64,000 nt of DNA, from contig CBFFRQ010000081.1 of the NCBI GenBank assembly GCA_965644315.1, forward strand, positions 124,001 through 188,000, written 5' to 3'. This stretch comes from Caecitellus pseudoparvulus. Lineage: Eukaryota > Protista > Bigyra: Bicosoecida. The notes beneath the pieces were generated by a model that saw nothing but the letters and a program-made list of their open reading frames with translations, was not told the DNA's origin and ran no database searches. Below are positions 9,170 to 19,161 of the stretch, one piece after another; position 1 is the first letter of the stretch; each line of letters starts with the position of its first letter. The position numbers were made by a program, and so were the translations under genes.

Positions 9170-12067
9170 TCACTCCAGTCCAGCGTACAAGTCCGCCATG
9201 CCCGCTACTGTCGCACCTGCTGCCGGGAGGGTTGTGCGCGTCGGCTTGCTTGCCCCCGATCCACTGCCTCTGCCAGCACCGCGTCCGCCTGTGCGTCGAG
9301 CACCCCCCCTTCGCCTCCTTCCTCGTGACGCAGATGGCACGCCATGCAGAGGCGACGAGCGCCGAGATGGTGACTGTGGAGAGGTCGTCGCGCCGCTTGG
9401 AAGGTCAGGCAGGAACGGCATCGCCCGTCCTTGTGTCGGGAGCGCACTGGATGATGCCGGAGCCCCAGCCGCTTTCTGTGCAGGCTCCAGGGTAACGGGG
9501 TGGGTGCTCAGCACGGTCAGAGTGAACTTGCCCATGTTGCCGTGTTTCGCGCCGCCAGCGCTGCAAGGCACCAGCACCACTGGCAGAGAAACGCTGGGAC
9601 CATCCGTTGCAAGCTCTGGCGCTGCTGCTGCGCCTGCAGCTGGTGAGTGCAACTGCAACGGCAGTCGCACAAGCGCCTCGGACGCGTTGATGAGCTGCAC
9701 TTTGCCAACAACCCGGCTGGCAATGTCATCGCCGTGCTGCAGCTTGTGTCCACCCGAAAGAGTTACCACGCCGACACTCATGGCCGGCTTCAACTTGGGC
9801 GCCTCTGTGTCACGGGTAGGTGCCGCAAGGCACGCGTTTCGTACGATTTTCATCATGTCCGCCTGTAACCCTGGAAGCCCTGCAAAACTGTCATGAAACC
9901 CGGTATCACCTTCGCTTGCCGCTTCAGCCGGGGTAGGAGCAGCAGCCAGCTGGCGCTTCGACGCGCGCTTCAGGAGCCGCGGGTGCTGTGTAAGGACTAC
10001 GAGAACATGCGGGGAAGTGGCAGACGTGGACTTCGTCGCTGCTGCACCGTCTGCCTCCGCCAGCTTCAATGTGAACTGGGGATTGTTGTGAAAAAATCCG
10101 CCAGTTGTTGGGGGGCCCCCTGCCGTCTTGGTGGCCCAAGCGCCACTCGTGCTCACAGCATGCGGGTAGATCTCATCCCAGCGCATAGGCAACAGCGTCA
10201 AGCCTGCTGCCGCCAGCACAGGTGCTGTTCGATCCACTTCGCTCAGTGCACGTCCAAGTGATGGGTTGGGCGGCGGGTTGGCCACCTCGGAGTCTGCTGC
10301 TGCGACTGCTTCAGTTGGTGCATGGGGCGTGGAAGGTGGGCCGGGGGTCAGCTCCGGCTTGCCAGCCGCGCCGAGCTCAGCCAGCAGCACGGCACCCTTT
10401 TCAGAAGCTGGAAGCAGCGTCAGGGATACGCGGAATCGCCCAACCTTCCCTGGAAAGTACGTGGAAGGAACGACCAGCAGCTCTAGCGCGTCTGCGCCTG
10501 TCGGAATCAAGGAGTGCAGGTCGCCCGAGGCTGGGTCGGAAGCGGCACCTGCACTGCTGTGTGCAGTCCCCAGCATGACAGACGTCTCCCGCTTGTTCCA
10601 GAAGGAGCTCTTGCCGACGACAGAGTACTTTGCGTTCACAAGGCCCGCGTGCAGTGCCGTCGCAGCACCGTGCACGCCTTCGCCTGCCTTGCCAGGGAGA
10701 CGCGCCCCGCTCAAATCGTGCAAACGAACGACAGCAAGGCCAATGGCGTTGTACGATAGCGTGGACAGGGAGGATGCGGCAGCCCCTGCTTGCACCGCAG
10801 CCGAGTGCGCCGTGCGTCCGTCAGGCTGAGAAACTGTCAAGTACAGCTGCAAGTCTGTGGGCACGGCTGCCAGCAACTTGCGAGGCAGGCGCAGCTTGAA
10901 CACTGGGTTCATGCGCCAGGAACTGAACGAGCTGCAGCCTCCAGCCGTGTGGGGTGCCCAGACAGCATCCACTGCAATGCTCTCCATGTGCGACGTCGCC
11001 ATGTACAGCCTGTTGAACAGCTTCACAAACGCTGCAAAAGGCATCCATGCAACACCCGCCCCGCCCGAGGCTGCGGCGCCCTTCAGGTGTTCCGGAAGCC
11101 GCGGCGCTGGTAAACCTGCCGCTGAGCGCAGCAGCCCACTGTCCACGGCAGTGGAAATCGCGCCAGACCACTCGGTCGCCTTTGCGTGCTTGGTCCAGTT
11201 CACGATGCCAGCCTTGCGTGCCAGGACGCCGGTCAAATCCGTGGACCAAGGGTTGCGAAACTGCACCAGCGCCTCCCCGCCGCCGACGTCCACGACCCCC
11301 ATGACAGAATACGCGTGGTTGTACTGGATGCCGATGTTTGGCAGGGGGCCCTTGCGAGGCGCCTCGCTCTGCACATTGGCGCACCCCATCAGCCAGCCAC
11401 CCGTGGAAGCCGCTTGCATGTGCTGCAGCAGCCGCCCCGACACGATCCAGTCCTGCTGGGTCTGCTTGCAGTGCAGATTGAAGTCTTGCACGGCACAGCC
11501 AGTCAAGTCCCGCAGGCACTCTGACAGGTTCCCGCCCACCAGGGCAGCGTACCCACCGTACAGCTTCGCGTACGCCTTCTCCAGCAACGGCAGCCAGAAC
11601 ACGTTCGTGTCTGGCGTGCGAGCAAAGTACAGCGCATCATTCTTGCCACAAGGTAGGCGGTCATCCACAGTGACCACCTCCCACCGCCCTTCGTGGCGCC
11701 AGAACCGGAACGACGCCTGTCCGCTCTCGGCAGACCATGGCCGCACCACCAACGCACGCAGCTTCTCAGGCACAGCCGCAACCAAACTACAAGCAGCGAC
11801 AAAGAAGCAGTTCTTCAAGTGCCCTTGAATGCAGTCTGTGGCGACGGGGTCCCTGTCTGCCGCGTCGACGGCGCTGGACTGCCCGGGCCAAAATCGCGGC
11901 GCAGTGGCGACCGCCTCATCGCCGCTGCGACGAGCGGCAAGCTCCACGACCTCTGCTGGGCGCAGCCACGCGTCCCGCACGCCCATGTTCGAACCACCCA
12001 TCCAAGTTGCCTCAGCAGCCTCCTTCGTAGCAGGGAACGACGCGTCAGTGAACAACTCCGATGCCAT
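9170..12067 (-). CDS. Calpain-family cysteine protease (CysPc plus domain III repeats)
   Basis: FTDASFP, IQGHLKNCFF (Cys), VDDRLP, WLPLLEKAYAKLYGGY, HAYSV (His), FRNPW (Asn). Two W...TAGG...NP.F domain-III starts. Confidence 0.93.
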   Translation of the reverse strand: MASELFTDASFPATKEAAEATWMGGSNMGVRDAWLRPAEVVELAARRSGDEAVATAPRFWPGQSSAVDAADRDPVATDCIQGHLKNCFFVAACSLVAAVPEKLRALVVRPWSAESGQASFRFWRHEGRWEVVTVDDRLPCGKNDALYFARTPDTNVFWLPLLEKAYAKLYGGYAALVGGNLSECLRDLTGCAVQDFNLHCKQTQQDWIVSGRLLQHMQAASTGGWLMGCANVQSEAPRKGPLPNIGIQYNHAYSVMGVVDVGGGEALVQFRNPWSTDLTGVLARKAGIVNWTKHAKATEWSGAISTAVDSGLLRSAAGLPAPRLPEHLKGAAASGGAGVAWMPFAAFVKLFNRLYMATSHMESIAVDAVWAPHTAGGCSSFSSWRMNPVFKLRLPRKLLAAVPTDLQLYLTVSQPDGRTAHSAAVQAGAAASSLSTLSYNAIGLAVVRLHDLSGARLPGKAGEGVHGAATALHAGLVNAKYSVVGKSSFWNKRETSVMLGTAHSSAGAASDPASGDLHSLIPTGADALELLVVPSTYFPGKVGRFRVSLTLLPASEKGAVLLAELGAAGKPELTPGPPSTPHAPTEAVAAADSEVANPPPNPSLGRALSEVDRTAPVLAAAGLTLLPMRWDEIYPHAVSTSGAWATKTAGGPPTTGGFFHNNPQFTLKLAEADGAAATKSTSATSPHVLVVLTQHPRLLKRASKRQLAAAPTPAEAASEGDTGFHDSFAGLPGLQADMMKIVRNACLAAPTRDTEAPKLKPAMSVGVVTLSGGHKLQHGDDIASRVVGKVQLINASEALVRLPLQLHSPAAGAAAAPELATDGPSVSLPVVLVPCSAGGAKHGNMGKFTLTVLSTHPVTLEPAQKAAGAPASSSALPTQGRAMPFLPDLPSGATTSPQSPSRRSSPLHGVPSASRGRRRRGGARRTGGRGAGRGSGSGASKPTRTTLPAAGATVAGMADLYAGLE

Positions 12068-12162
12068 GGCGCCGCGGAAGCGTTGGCGTGGTGAAGAGGG
12101 CCGAAGCAGTTTCCGCTACGTGCCCCAGCTCTCCTCCGATCGGAATCCTGCAGAGAGCTCAA

Positions 12163-13621
12163 GAGAGAACAGGGGGGACGATCAAGTTCGAGCAGATTAA
12201 TAGCTATGATTGGAAGTGATGTCTGTTTCTATGTGGATGTCTGATTTGTGCACTAGTGCCCGAACTGGCTTTGTGGCCTGCGGGATCTTCGACGGGAGTA
12301 ATTGCCAACCGCGGATGTTTTTGCAAAAGGGCAGCGCGCCAAGCAAAGGGTGCAGCATATCTGTGATATGAGTACTTTCAGATTGGGTGCATTGCTTTTT
12401 GCAACTTTCGCTCCGGTGCTGAAAGCCTCTGGAAGACTTAGCTTGTGTTGTTCGACATGGTACGAAAGAATCAACCGACGTAAGCGGCCTCCCTATCCAC
12501 GTCCAACAGTCCATAAAACCAAGTCTTCATCTTCTCAAGTTGAGGTGACTTTGCAGAACTCTCTCCTGTCAGCACTGCCCATACGAATGCGTCACACACT
12601 CTGGCTCGTGCCACACTGTACACCCTGAAGAAACCACCTGGCGCACAGAGTTTCCAGAAAGTCTCCTCAATATAACTCTCGATCATGGAGAACTTTTGTC
12701 CGTTTTCCAGTGCGTAAACTAGAAAGAGGCTGCTAGTACGTGGAAACCTACGCTGTCCTTTCTCTGCTTCCTTCATCCATTTACCTGGGGAGGTGCCGAT
12801 TCTGACGTACTTGCCATTGGGTTGAGGATCTTGGTTCATATCCGCGATGAAACACTGGCCTCCGTTCTTGTACATTACCCCATGATGTCGGAACCCAGGG
12901 TTAAAGTAGTAGGCGATGCCGCAGACATTCGTCCCGCACTTTTGCATGAGGTACTTGGCTGTTTGAATGGCGTTCGACGCTCGCACTTCAGCTTTCCAAA
13001 CTCGTCCTGAATTGGAGGTCTTGACGCCCTGAGGCAACAGTTGGCCAAAACTCTGCCAGTCAGTTTTGCCATCCCATGGCTGGACATTGGAACTTGCTGC
13101 GGAGGTTGCTTGTGAACTTGACGATAAGTACCTACCCCAACCTCCAGCAACTGCACCACTCCCAGCCGCCGCATCTGTGGGGAGTGCAGCCCCCCTCTGC
13201 AGATAGTTTTCAACATCCACTTGGGCACCAATCTGCTCCTGATAACCCTCTCTAGAAGCCATGGCTTGTCCCAGGTGCAGCCTTCGTCGCACGCAACTTG
13301 ACGTTGAACTTCACAGATCGCAAGCGGACACCCACGAAACTCGCATTGACACGGGTCGAGTTGGGAGCTATGCTTGAGGTGAACGAGCTTCTGAAGGACG
13401 TGGTGTGGGTGGACCGGTTGATTGGAATTGAATTGAGAGGTGGAACTGCTCTCAGGCAGGTGGTTCTGATGCACTGCACTTGCGGAGAGCAACACCAACT
13501 GCTCAATGCCACTGCTCGAAACCCTCTCATAAAACGAAACAGAGACTTACTTTCCCAAGGCATATCTTTGCTTCAGGTTGCAAACATATAGTGCAATCGA
13601 AATCGTGACACCTGTTCTCTC
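12163..13621. mobile_element. Candidate inserted low-GC segment bounded by an 11-bp inverted repeat
   Basis: GAGAGAACAGG at 12163-12173 and CCTGTTCTCTC at 13611-13621. Sampled interior lines are ~37-55% GC versus visibly richer flanks. No transposase or target-site duplication seen. Confidence 0.3.
12471..13262 (-). CDS. Hypothetical protein, possibly permuted NlpC/P60 papain-like (LRAT/PPPDE-type), in a low-GC island
   Basis: 263-aa ORF from ATG 13262 with FRHHGVMY followed by VYSVARARVCDAFVWAVLTG. Upstream exons cannot be excluded (GTAAGT on the minus strand near 13550). Confidence 0.55.
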   Translation of the reverse strand: MASREGYQEQIGAQVDVENYLQRGAALPTDAAAGSGAVAGGWGRYLSSSSQATSAASSNVQPWDGKTDWQSFGQLLPQGVKTSNSGRVWKAEVRASNAIQTAKYLMQKCGTNVCGIAYYFNPGFRHHGVMYKNGGQCFIADMNQDPQPNGKYVRIGTSPGKWMKEAEKGQRRFPRTSSLFLVYALENGQKFSMIESYIEETFWKLCAPGGFFRVYSVARARVCDAFVWAVLTGESSAKSPQLEKMKTWFYGLLDVDREAAYVG

Positions 13622-13666
13622 AATGATGAGAGTCCTGGCAAAGAATCCACATTCGCACCAGTGACC

Positions 13667-15820
13667 ATGGCGGCTCCCTCGCAAGATGATGCTGGGAAGC
13701 TCGCTGAGGCTGCTGTGGCAGGGGAGAGTGGACGAGCTCGAAGAAGTGCATGGGACATGATTCCAGTGCAGGAGGCCATCGACATGGTGCTCCAGGCGGC
13801 AGCAGAAGTCTCGGGTGGAAGCCGCAAAATCCGCAGGGTTCGAGCCGGGCAGGAAGCACTCGGCTTGGTCCTCGCAGAGCCGCTTTTGGCAAAGGGTGCA
13901 CACCCACCCTTTGATGCATCTATCTTTGACGGCTATGCCATTGGCTCCGGCTCTGAAACCTGCGAGCTGCAGCTTGTGGGGGCAGTGGCGGCCGGGGATG
14001 CCAGTGGGCGAGTGGCTTTGCAGCCCGGCACATGTGCCTGGGTGACCACAGGCGCGCCAGTTCCGCCGGGCACTGCCAGCGTGGTGAAGATCGAAGACAC
14101 GACCTCTGCGTCTGGTGTCATCACGGTCAGCGAGTTGCCTGGCCCGGGGCAAGGCGTGCGGGCCGCTGGATGTGACGTGGCGGCTGGCGCTGAAGTGTTG
14201 CCGGCTGGCCACGCTCTCTCAGCGGGGGACATCGGGACGGCGATCAGTGCAGGGTACGATGAGTTGCCTGTCTGGGCTGGCCTTCGTGTGGCAGTGCTGT
14301 CGACAGGCTCCGAGCTGGCTGCGCCCGGGGCGGAGCTCTGCGACGGCCAGATCTGGGACTCAAATGGCCCCATGCTGGCTGCACAGGTCGCCGAGGCGGC
14401 TCCTGGTGCAGAGGTTGAGTGTCATCGCATTCCAGACGATGTGGACGAAACACTTGCAGTTTTGCAGCGAGTATGTGCGGCTTGCGACGTCGTCATTTCA
14501 AGTGGCGGCGTGAGCATGGGTGACCGGGACTTTGTCGCACCGTCTTTAGCGCAGCTCGGGACACAACACTTTGGACGGGTGTTCATGAAGCCAGGCAAGC
14601 CGACATGCTTTGCGACAGTATCCAAGGCAGGGGGGGGCGCCTGCCTGGCCTTTGGGCTGCCTGGCAACCCTGTGTCGGCGTGGACCACCTTCCAGCTGTT
14701 CGTGCGACCAACTCTCCGTGTGTTGGGCGGCGCTGCAGGGGTGGACGACGCGGTGTGTCCCGTCACAGCTGGGGTTCCCCTCCTCACGCCACTTTCACTG
14801 GACCCTGTCCGGCCTGAGTACCACAGGGTGCTGCTGGTGTCGCTGAGCGGAGTTGCGCACGGCTCAAGCCGCAGCAGCATCGATCCCACCGCTTGGTGGT
14901 CAGACAAGCGCACCCAGCCGTCCATTGCATCCTGGGCACATCCTCTTCACGCTGCAAATGTCCCCCTCTCGCGTGGAACTCTTCTTGCCGTGTCAACGGG
15001 CGTTCAGCGCTCGTCACGCTTGCTCAGCACGCGGCGTGCCAACGGCCTGCTCCTGCTGCCCCCCGCCTCTGCAACCAGGCAGGTCCTGGGCGCTGGGGAG
15101 CGAGCCCCGGTGCTGTGGCTTGGAAACCCGATTACGCTTTGTGCTGCAGAGGAGGAGGAGCTGCTGAAGTCCGCGGCCAGCCAAGTGCAATCCCCGGCTC
15201 CTTCCGTGTGTGGCTGTGGGGCGGTGCACCGCGCTGGCCCCAGTAGCGCCGAGTCGCATGCAGCACACCCCACTGGGGCAAAGCCAAAAAGCACCAAGCC
15301 CCCACTTGATGTCTTCCTGTCCGTCATCACCGTCTCGACGCGAGCCAGCGTCGGCGCATACGCCGATGAGTCAGGCCCCGCCACAGTGGCCGCAGTGAGC
15401 AGCATCTCGGCGCTCAACGTGGTGCACACGCACACTGCAATCGTGCCGGATGGGCTGGAGGCCGTGCGAGGTGCGGTGCGGGACGCAGAGGCGAAGTGGG
15501 AGGATGCCTGCAGTGCCCAGCAAGGGGACACTGCCCACCTCATTCTGACGTCGGGAGGCACAGGATTTAGCAAGACTGACTGCACGCCAGAGGCCGTGCA
15601 GCCACTGCTGGCTAAGCAGGCGCCTGGCTTCGTGCACGCGCTGTTGGCCGGTGGACTGCAGCACACGCCCATGGCGGTGTTGGCACGGCCTGTGGCGGGA
15701 GTCACTCTGGCCGGGTCACTGCTGGTCACGCTGCCTGGCTCTGTGAAGGCTGTCAAAGAAGGCGTGCAGGCCTTGCAGCGTGTGCTGCCGCATGCTTTGG
15801 CATTGACATGCAAAGAGTGA
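13667..15820 (+). CDS. CNX1: Molybdopterin insertase, MoeA(E)-MogA(G) fusion (Cnx1/gephyrin family, E-G order)
   Basis: PPFDASIFDGYA, VTTGAPVP, LSTGSEL, SSGGVSMGDRD, MKPGKP, LPGNPVSA, RPEYHR, QRSSRLLS, then G domain ITVS...LILTSGGTGFSKTDCTPEA...TLPGS. Confidence 0.93.
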   Translation: MAAPSQDDAGKLAEAAVAGESGRARRSAWDMIPVQEAIDMVLQAAAEVSGGSRKIRRVRAGQEALGLVLAEPLLAKGAHPPFDASIFDGYAIGSGSETCELQLVGAVAAGDASGRVALQPGTCAWVTTGAPVPPGTASVVKIEDTTSASGVITVSELPGPGQGVRAAGCDVAAGAEVLPAGHALSAGDIGTAISAGYDELPVWAGLRVAVLSTGSELAAPGAELCDGQIWDSNGPMLAAQVAEAAPGAEVECHRIPDDVDETLAVLQRVCAACDVVISSGGVSMGDRDFVAPSLAQLGTQHFGRVFMKPGKPTCFATVSKAGGGACLAFGLPGNPVSAWTTFQLFVRPTLRVLGGAAGVDDAVCPVTAGVPLLTPLSLDPVRPEYHRVLLVSLSGVAHGSSRSSIDPTAWWSDKRTQPSIASWAHPLHAANVPLSRGTLLAVSTGVQRSSRLLSTRRANGLLLLPPASATRQVLGAGERAPVLWLGNPITLCAAEEEELLKSAASQVQSPAPSVCGCGAVHRAGPSSAESHAAHPTGAKPKSTKPPLDVFLSVITVSTRASVGAYADESGPATVAAVSSISALNVVHTHTAIVPDGLEAVRGAVRDAEAKWEDACSAQQGDTAHLILTSGGTGFSKTDCTPEAVQPLLAKQAPGFVHALLAGGLQHTPMAVLARPVAGVTLAGSLLVTLPGSVKAVKEGVQALQRVLPHALALTCKE

Positions 15821-16074
15821 AAAGTTGGTCAGTCATAATGAACATGAGGCGCTTTGCGCCACAAGGGTTGCAAGTTGAAGCACACGGTGATTTCTTCCTC
15901 ACAAGCCGGATTTCTTCACTGTCTCACGAACAATTGCACAATTTGAAAAAAAAATCCAACAAAGGCGACACAAATCCGACCTTTCAAGTTTCATTATACT
16001 CCTCTTCCACTTTTCAGACCCCTCGGGCATTTTTTCGCGCTCAATGTTCGGCGTGTTGGGCGCATTTGCTGAGC

Positions 16075-17124
16075 ATGGCAGCAGTCAGCGTCGACAGCCA
16101 CAACGAGCACTTTGCCACTCTCAAGGTGCTGCTGGACAAGCAGTTCCGTGTCTGTCATGATGATGCGTTCTGTGCAGTTTTATCAGCCATCGTCCGCTGC
16201 TGCGAGCCTGGGCAGGGCGTGTGGGCAAACACTGGCGTGGCGGGTCAATTTCCGCAGGTGAGCGTGCCTTTGCTGGCTGACGCAGCCGTGGTGGGGGCGC
16301 TACGCAATGGCATTGCAGCCTTGGCAACTTTGAGCTCCCTTTCAAGTGCTTGCGAGGCCGCCAAGGATGCTGACGCGCCGCTGGCTTTGCTTCACGGACG
16401 TGAGTGGTGGGATGCGCCTGAGTTTCAGCCAGTGCTGAGTTTGAAGGGGGGCAAGCAGACGCTGGGGCTGTGGAGGGACGACTCAGAGGGTGGCCCTGTG
16501 TGTGTTGTCCAACGCCGCAGTGGGGCAGAGCCCTCGCCGTACTCTGTCGTGGGCAGCAGTCTCGCTGGCGTGCTGGCTGAGAAGGTGGGAGCTGTGCCGG
16601 GCGCTGATGCGCTGCTGAGTGCGCTGCGCCAAGTGCCCGAGCCAGCGCAGGCCACGCACGGCACGGCGAAAGCTCGAAAAGGCGCCTCAGTGGGCAAGAC
16701 CTTGGACGGCATGGGTGTGGGCGTGCCGTGGAATGCTGAGGCGCAGGCTGGGTGGCGTCCGGTGCACCTGCCGCCGTCCGAGGTGGCTCGCCTGCTCGCA
16801 CGAGCGACGGTGCCGCCCAAGCTGCGTGAGCTGCTTACATTTGCTCACATTGCGAATGATGAGCGGGACCACGGCATGCCCCTGCAGCTTGGGCGGGATG
16901 TGTGGCGCCACAGCCTGTCCGCCACTGACACGGCGGTGAGCCTGCTCACACCGACGTACACTCTCCTGCAGCGGAAGGGCTTCGTGAAGCTGCTGAAGCG
17001 CCTTGCAGCATGGCGCAAGGAACTTGCCACCGCCGAGGGCAGCAAGTCATCGCCCGCTGGCGGTGTGAAACGCACTCGGGGAAGTGGCAGCGGGAAGGGG
17101 GCCTCAAAGAGACGAAAAGCCTGA
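16075..17124 (+). CDS. HPF1: Histone PARylation factor 1 homolog
   Basis: DAPEFQPV, GLWRD, KTLDGMGVGVP, GWRP and LLTFAHIANDERDHGMPLQLG parallel the HPF1 motifs DPPEFQ, GYFRD, KTFHGAGLVVP, GYRE and FANDECDYGMGLELG. Basic NLS-like C-terminus KRRK. Confidence 0.85.
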   Translation: MAAVSVDSHNEHFATLKVLLDKQFRVCHDDAFCAVLSAIVRCCEPGQGVWANTGVAGQFPQVSVPLLADAAVVGALRNGIAALATLSSLSSACEAAKDADAPLALLHGREWWDAPEFQPVLSLKGGKQTLGLWRDDSEGGPVCVVQRRSGAEPSPYSVVGSSLAGVLAEKVGAVPGADALLSALRQVPEPAQATHGTAKARKGASVGKTLDGMGVGVPWNAEAQAGWRPVHLPPSEVARLLARATVPPKLRELLTFAHIANDERDHGMPLQLGRDVWRHSLSATDTAVSLLTPTYTLLQRKGFVKLLKRLAAWRKELATAEGSKSSPAGGVKRTRGSGSGKGASKRRKA

Positions 17125-17262
17125 AGGGGGAGTTGTTGTACTTGTCGCACACAATTCATCACACGGTACAGAAGCAGGTGCATTTTCCTGTGTATCTGTG
17201 GTTTCTGGTGTTGGTGCGCAGTTCGTCCGCTCCGTGTTTGCAGCGTTTCGCGGCCCGCTGTC

Positions 17263-18443
17263 ATGGACGCCTTTCTGGACACAACCTTGTCAGGGCGCAA
17301 GCTGTACCTGGCCATTGGCTTCGGCCTCGCAGCTGCAGCCTCGGCAGGCGCCTGGGTGTGGACTGTGTCTGCGGAGGTGCGTCGTGATACGCGTTTGGAC
17401 CAGAAGGCCACGGGCACGCTCAACTGGCTTGTGTTCTCAACGCTGCGCAGAAAGCAGCGACGACCAAGCCGAAGGAGCCAAAGGTTGATAGTCAGACGTT
17501 CGGAGATGCGCTGACTGCGCTCGCCAAGGAAGTCGCTGCCGAGAACGTGCGTGTGCGGTGGGTCTGCGTGGCTGTGCGGAATTTGGACGGCATTTCACGA
17601 TCCGCGCAGGGCCTCATCAAGCGCGCCATCCTGGCAGAGACCGACCCTGTAGAGCGCCAGAAGTTGTCCAAGTGCGGCACATATGCGCTCAGGAAGTTCT
17701 CGGACAAGGCAGAGGCGAAGGTGCGGAGTGGCGTTGTGCTTGCTCTGGCCTGAGCTGGATGCCACACTGCATTGCGCTGCTCTCGCCGCAGATGCTGGCG
17801 GGGCTGGGGCTGACAAAGGCCGAGGGCGAGGCAGCGCTCGCGTACTTCGTGCACCCTGCCGTGGCCGACCCCCTCGTAACCCGAGCCAGCATCGCAGTCA
17901 AGATGTCAGCAGCGCCCACGGTGTACAGCCCGGACAAGGCCCTGTCCATCCTGGCGTCCGTATCCTCCCCGGAGTCGATGAGCGCAGTGCAGGAGGTGCG
18001 TGCAGCGCGCAGAGCGAGCAGCGGTGCCTCCAACCACACCCTTCTCGCGCCACACCCCTGCACAGACGTTGGTGAAGCAAGGTGCCAACCTGATGGCCCA
18101 GTTGCGCAACCCACAGGCGGTGGCGTCACAGCTCGTTCGCCTGTGCGTGATGCGCTCCGGGCTGCACGCCGTGTGTGTGTGCTGGGGTTGTTCAACCCCC
18201 CCCCCCCGCTCCCACCCCCACAGGGCACAAGCCGAGTGGAACCAGCGTCTGTACGACGAGTACGGCTGCAACATCGAGCAGGCCATGAACCACGTCAAGT
18301 TTTCTCTGGGCTGTGACGCGATGGCGAAGCTGACGCCACACCTGCACAGCCTGGACAAGGCCCTGCAGGGCATGATCAACACAGTCATGCAGCAGGTCAT
18401 GATGGGCGGCATGGGCGGTATGGGCGGCATGCGCATGATGTGA
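17263..18443 (+). CDS. Hypothetical N-terminally anchored helical protein, 6 exons
   Basis: Frame-consistent introns 17377-17450, 17547-17609, 17721-17791, 17996-18065, 18143-18223. N-terminal TM YLAIGFGLAAAASAGAWVW. Ends in MGGMGGMGGMRMM. Confidence 0.75.
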
Positions 18444-18453
18444 TATGCACGGC

Positions 18454-19043
18454 TCAAGTCTGCACAGGAGTGGCTTGGAGGTAGTTCCCTGCCTCCACGA
18501 AAATGAACAGCGCGACTGCCAGGAGGACGGCGATGATCTCCCACACCACCATGAAGCCCATGCCGATGGTGAAGGTCTGTGTGATCTGCTCCACGCGGGG
18601 GGCAGGCGGCGGCGTGGGGTGCTTGCGCGTAGGTGGTTTGCGTGCCAGCACGCACTGGAGGCCTCTCGTCTGTCTCGCCTGCAGCCTTGCGGGGCAGCAA
18701 GCCCAAGAACACCGCAACGATAGCCACAAACATAACGCCAATGAAAATAAACAGCCTGCGCGCCGGAAAGCGGTGGTAGTGGCCCCCGTCACGATGAGCG
18801 GGCGTCGCCAGCGGCCTGCCGTTGGCGGTGAAACGCGCACGCAACGCCAACTCACTTGGGCGAGGGAGTGGCCACGCCGAATCCGCAAATGAACACTGCG
18901 ATGATACCACACAGTAAAACAATGAAGCTACCCGCTCCGAGCGTCATCACACGCGTCCCACTGTCATCGAACACTCCTGGGTTGACATTCTGCAGGTGGC
19001 GTGGCCCGTCGGCCAGGCCTGACTGGCCTGCCAAGTCTTCCAT
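18454..19043 (-). CDS. TMEM218: TMEM218-like ciliary transition-zone membrane protein, 3 exons
   Basis: Introns 18756-18855 and 18586-18655. Three TMs with VMTLGAGSFIVLL, LLPR, ITQTFTIG and YLQATPV, matching the TMEM218 pattern (VLGVGAGVFIL / LFPR / IVDDFFIG / IYAKPL). Confidence 0.72.
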
Positions 19044-19161
19044 CGCGTGCTGAGAGCGCTTCACTGCCAGGGCAGTCTTTGGAAGCAACGAAAAATTCTG
19101 CGGAGCTGAAGGCGGGGAGTTTGAATTTACGCGGCTGTCACGGTGCCCGGGCTCAGGTGTT

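Noticed and set aside
2796-13262. Proteolysis gene cluster (UCH, amidase, calpain, papain-like ORF)
   Set aside because: Unrelated families on mixed strands in a gene-dense eukaryote. No evidence of functional clustering.
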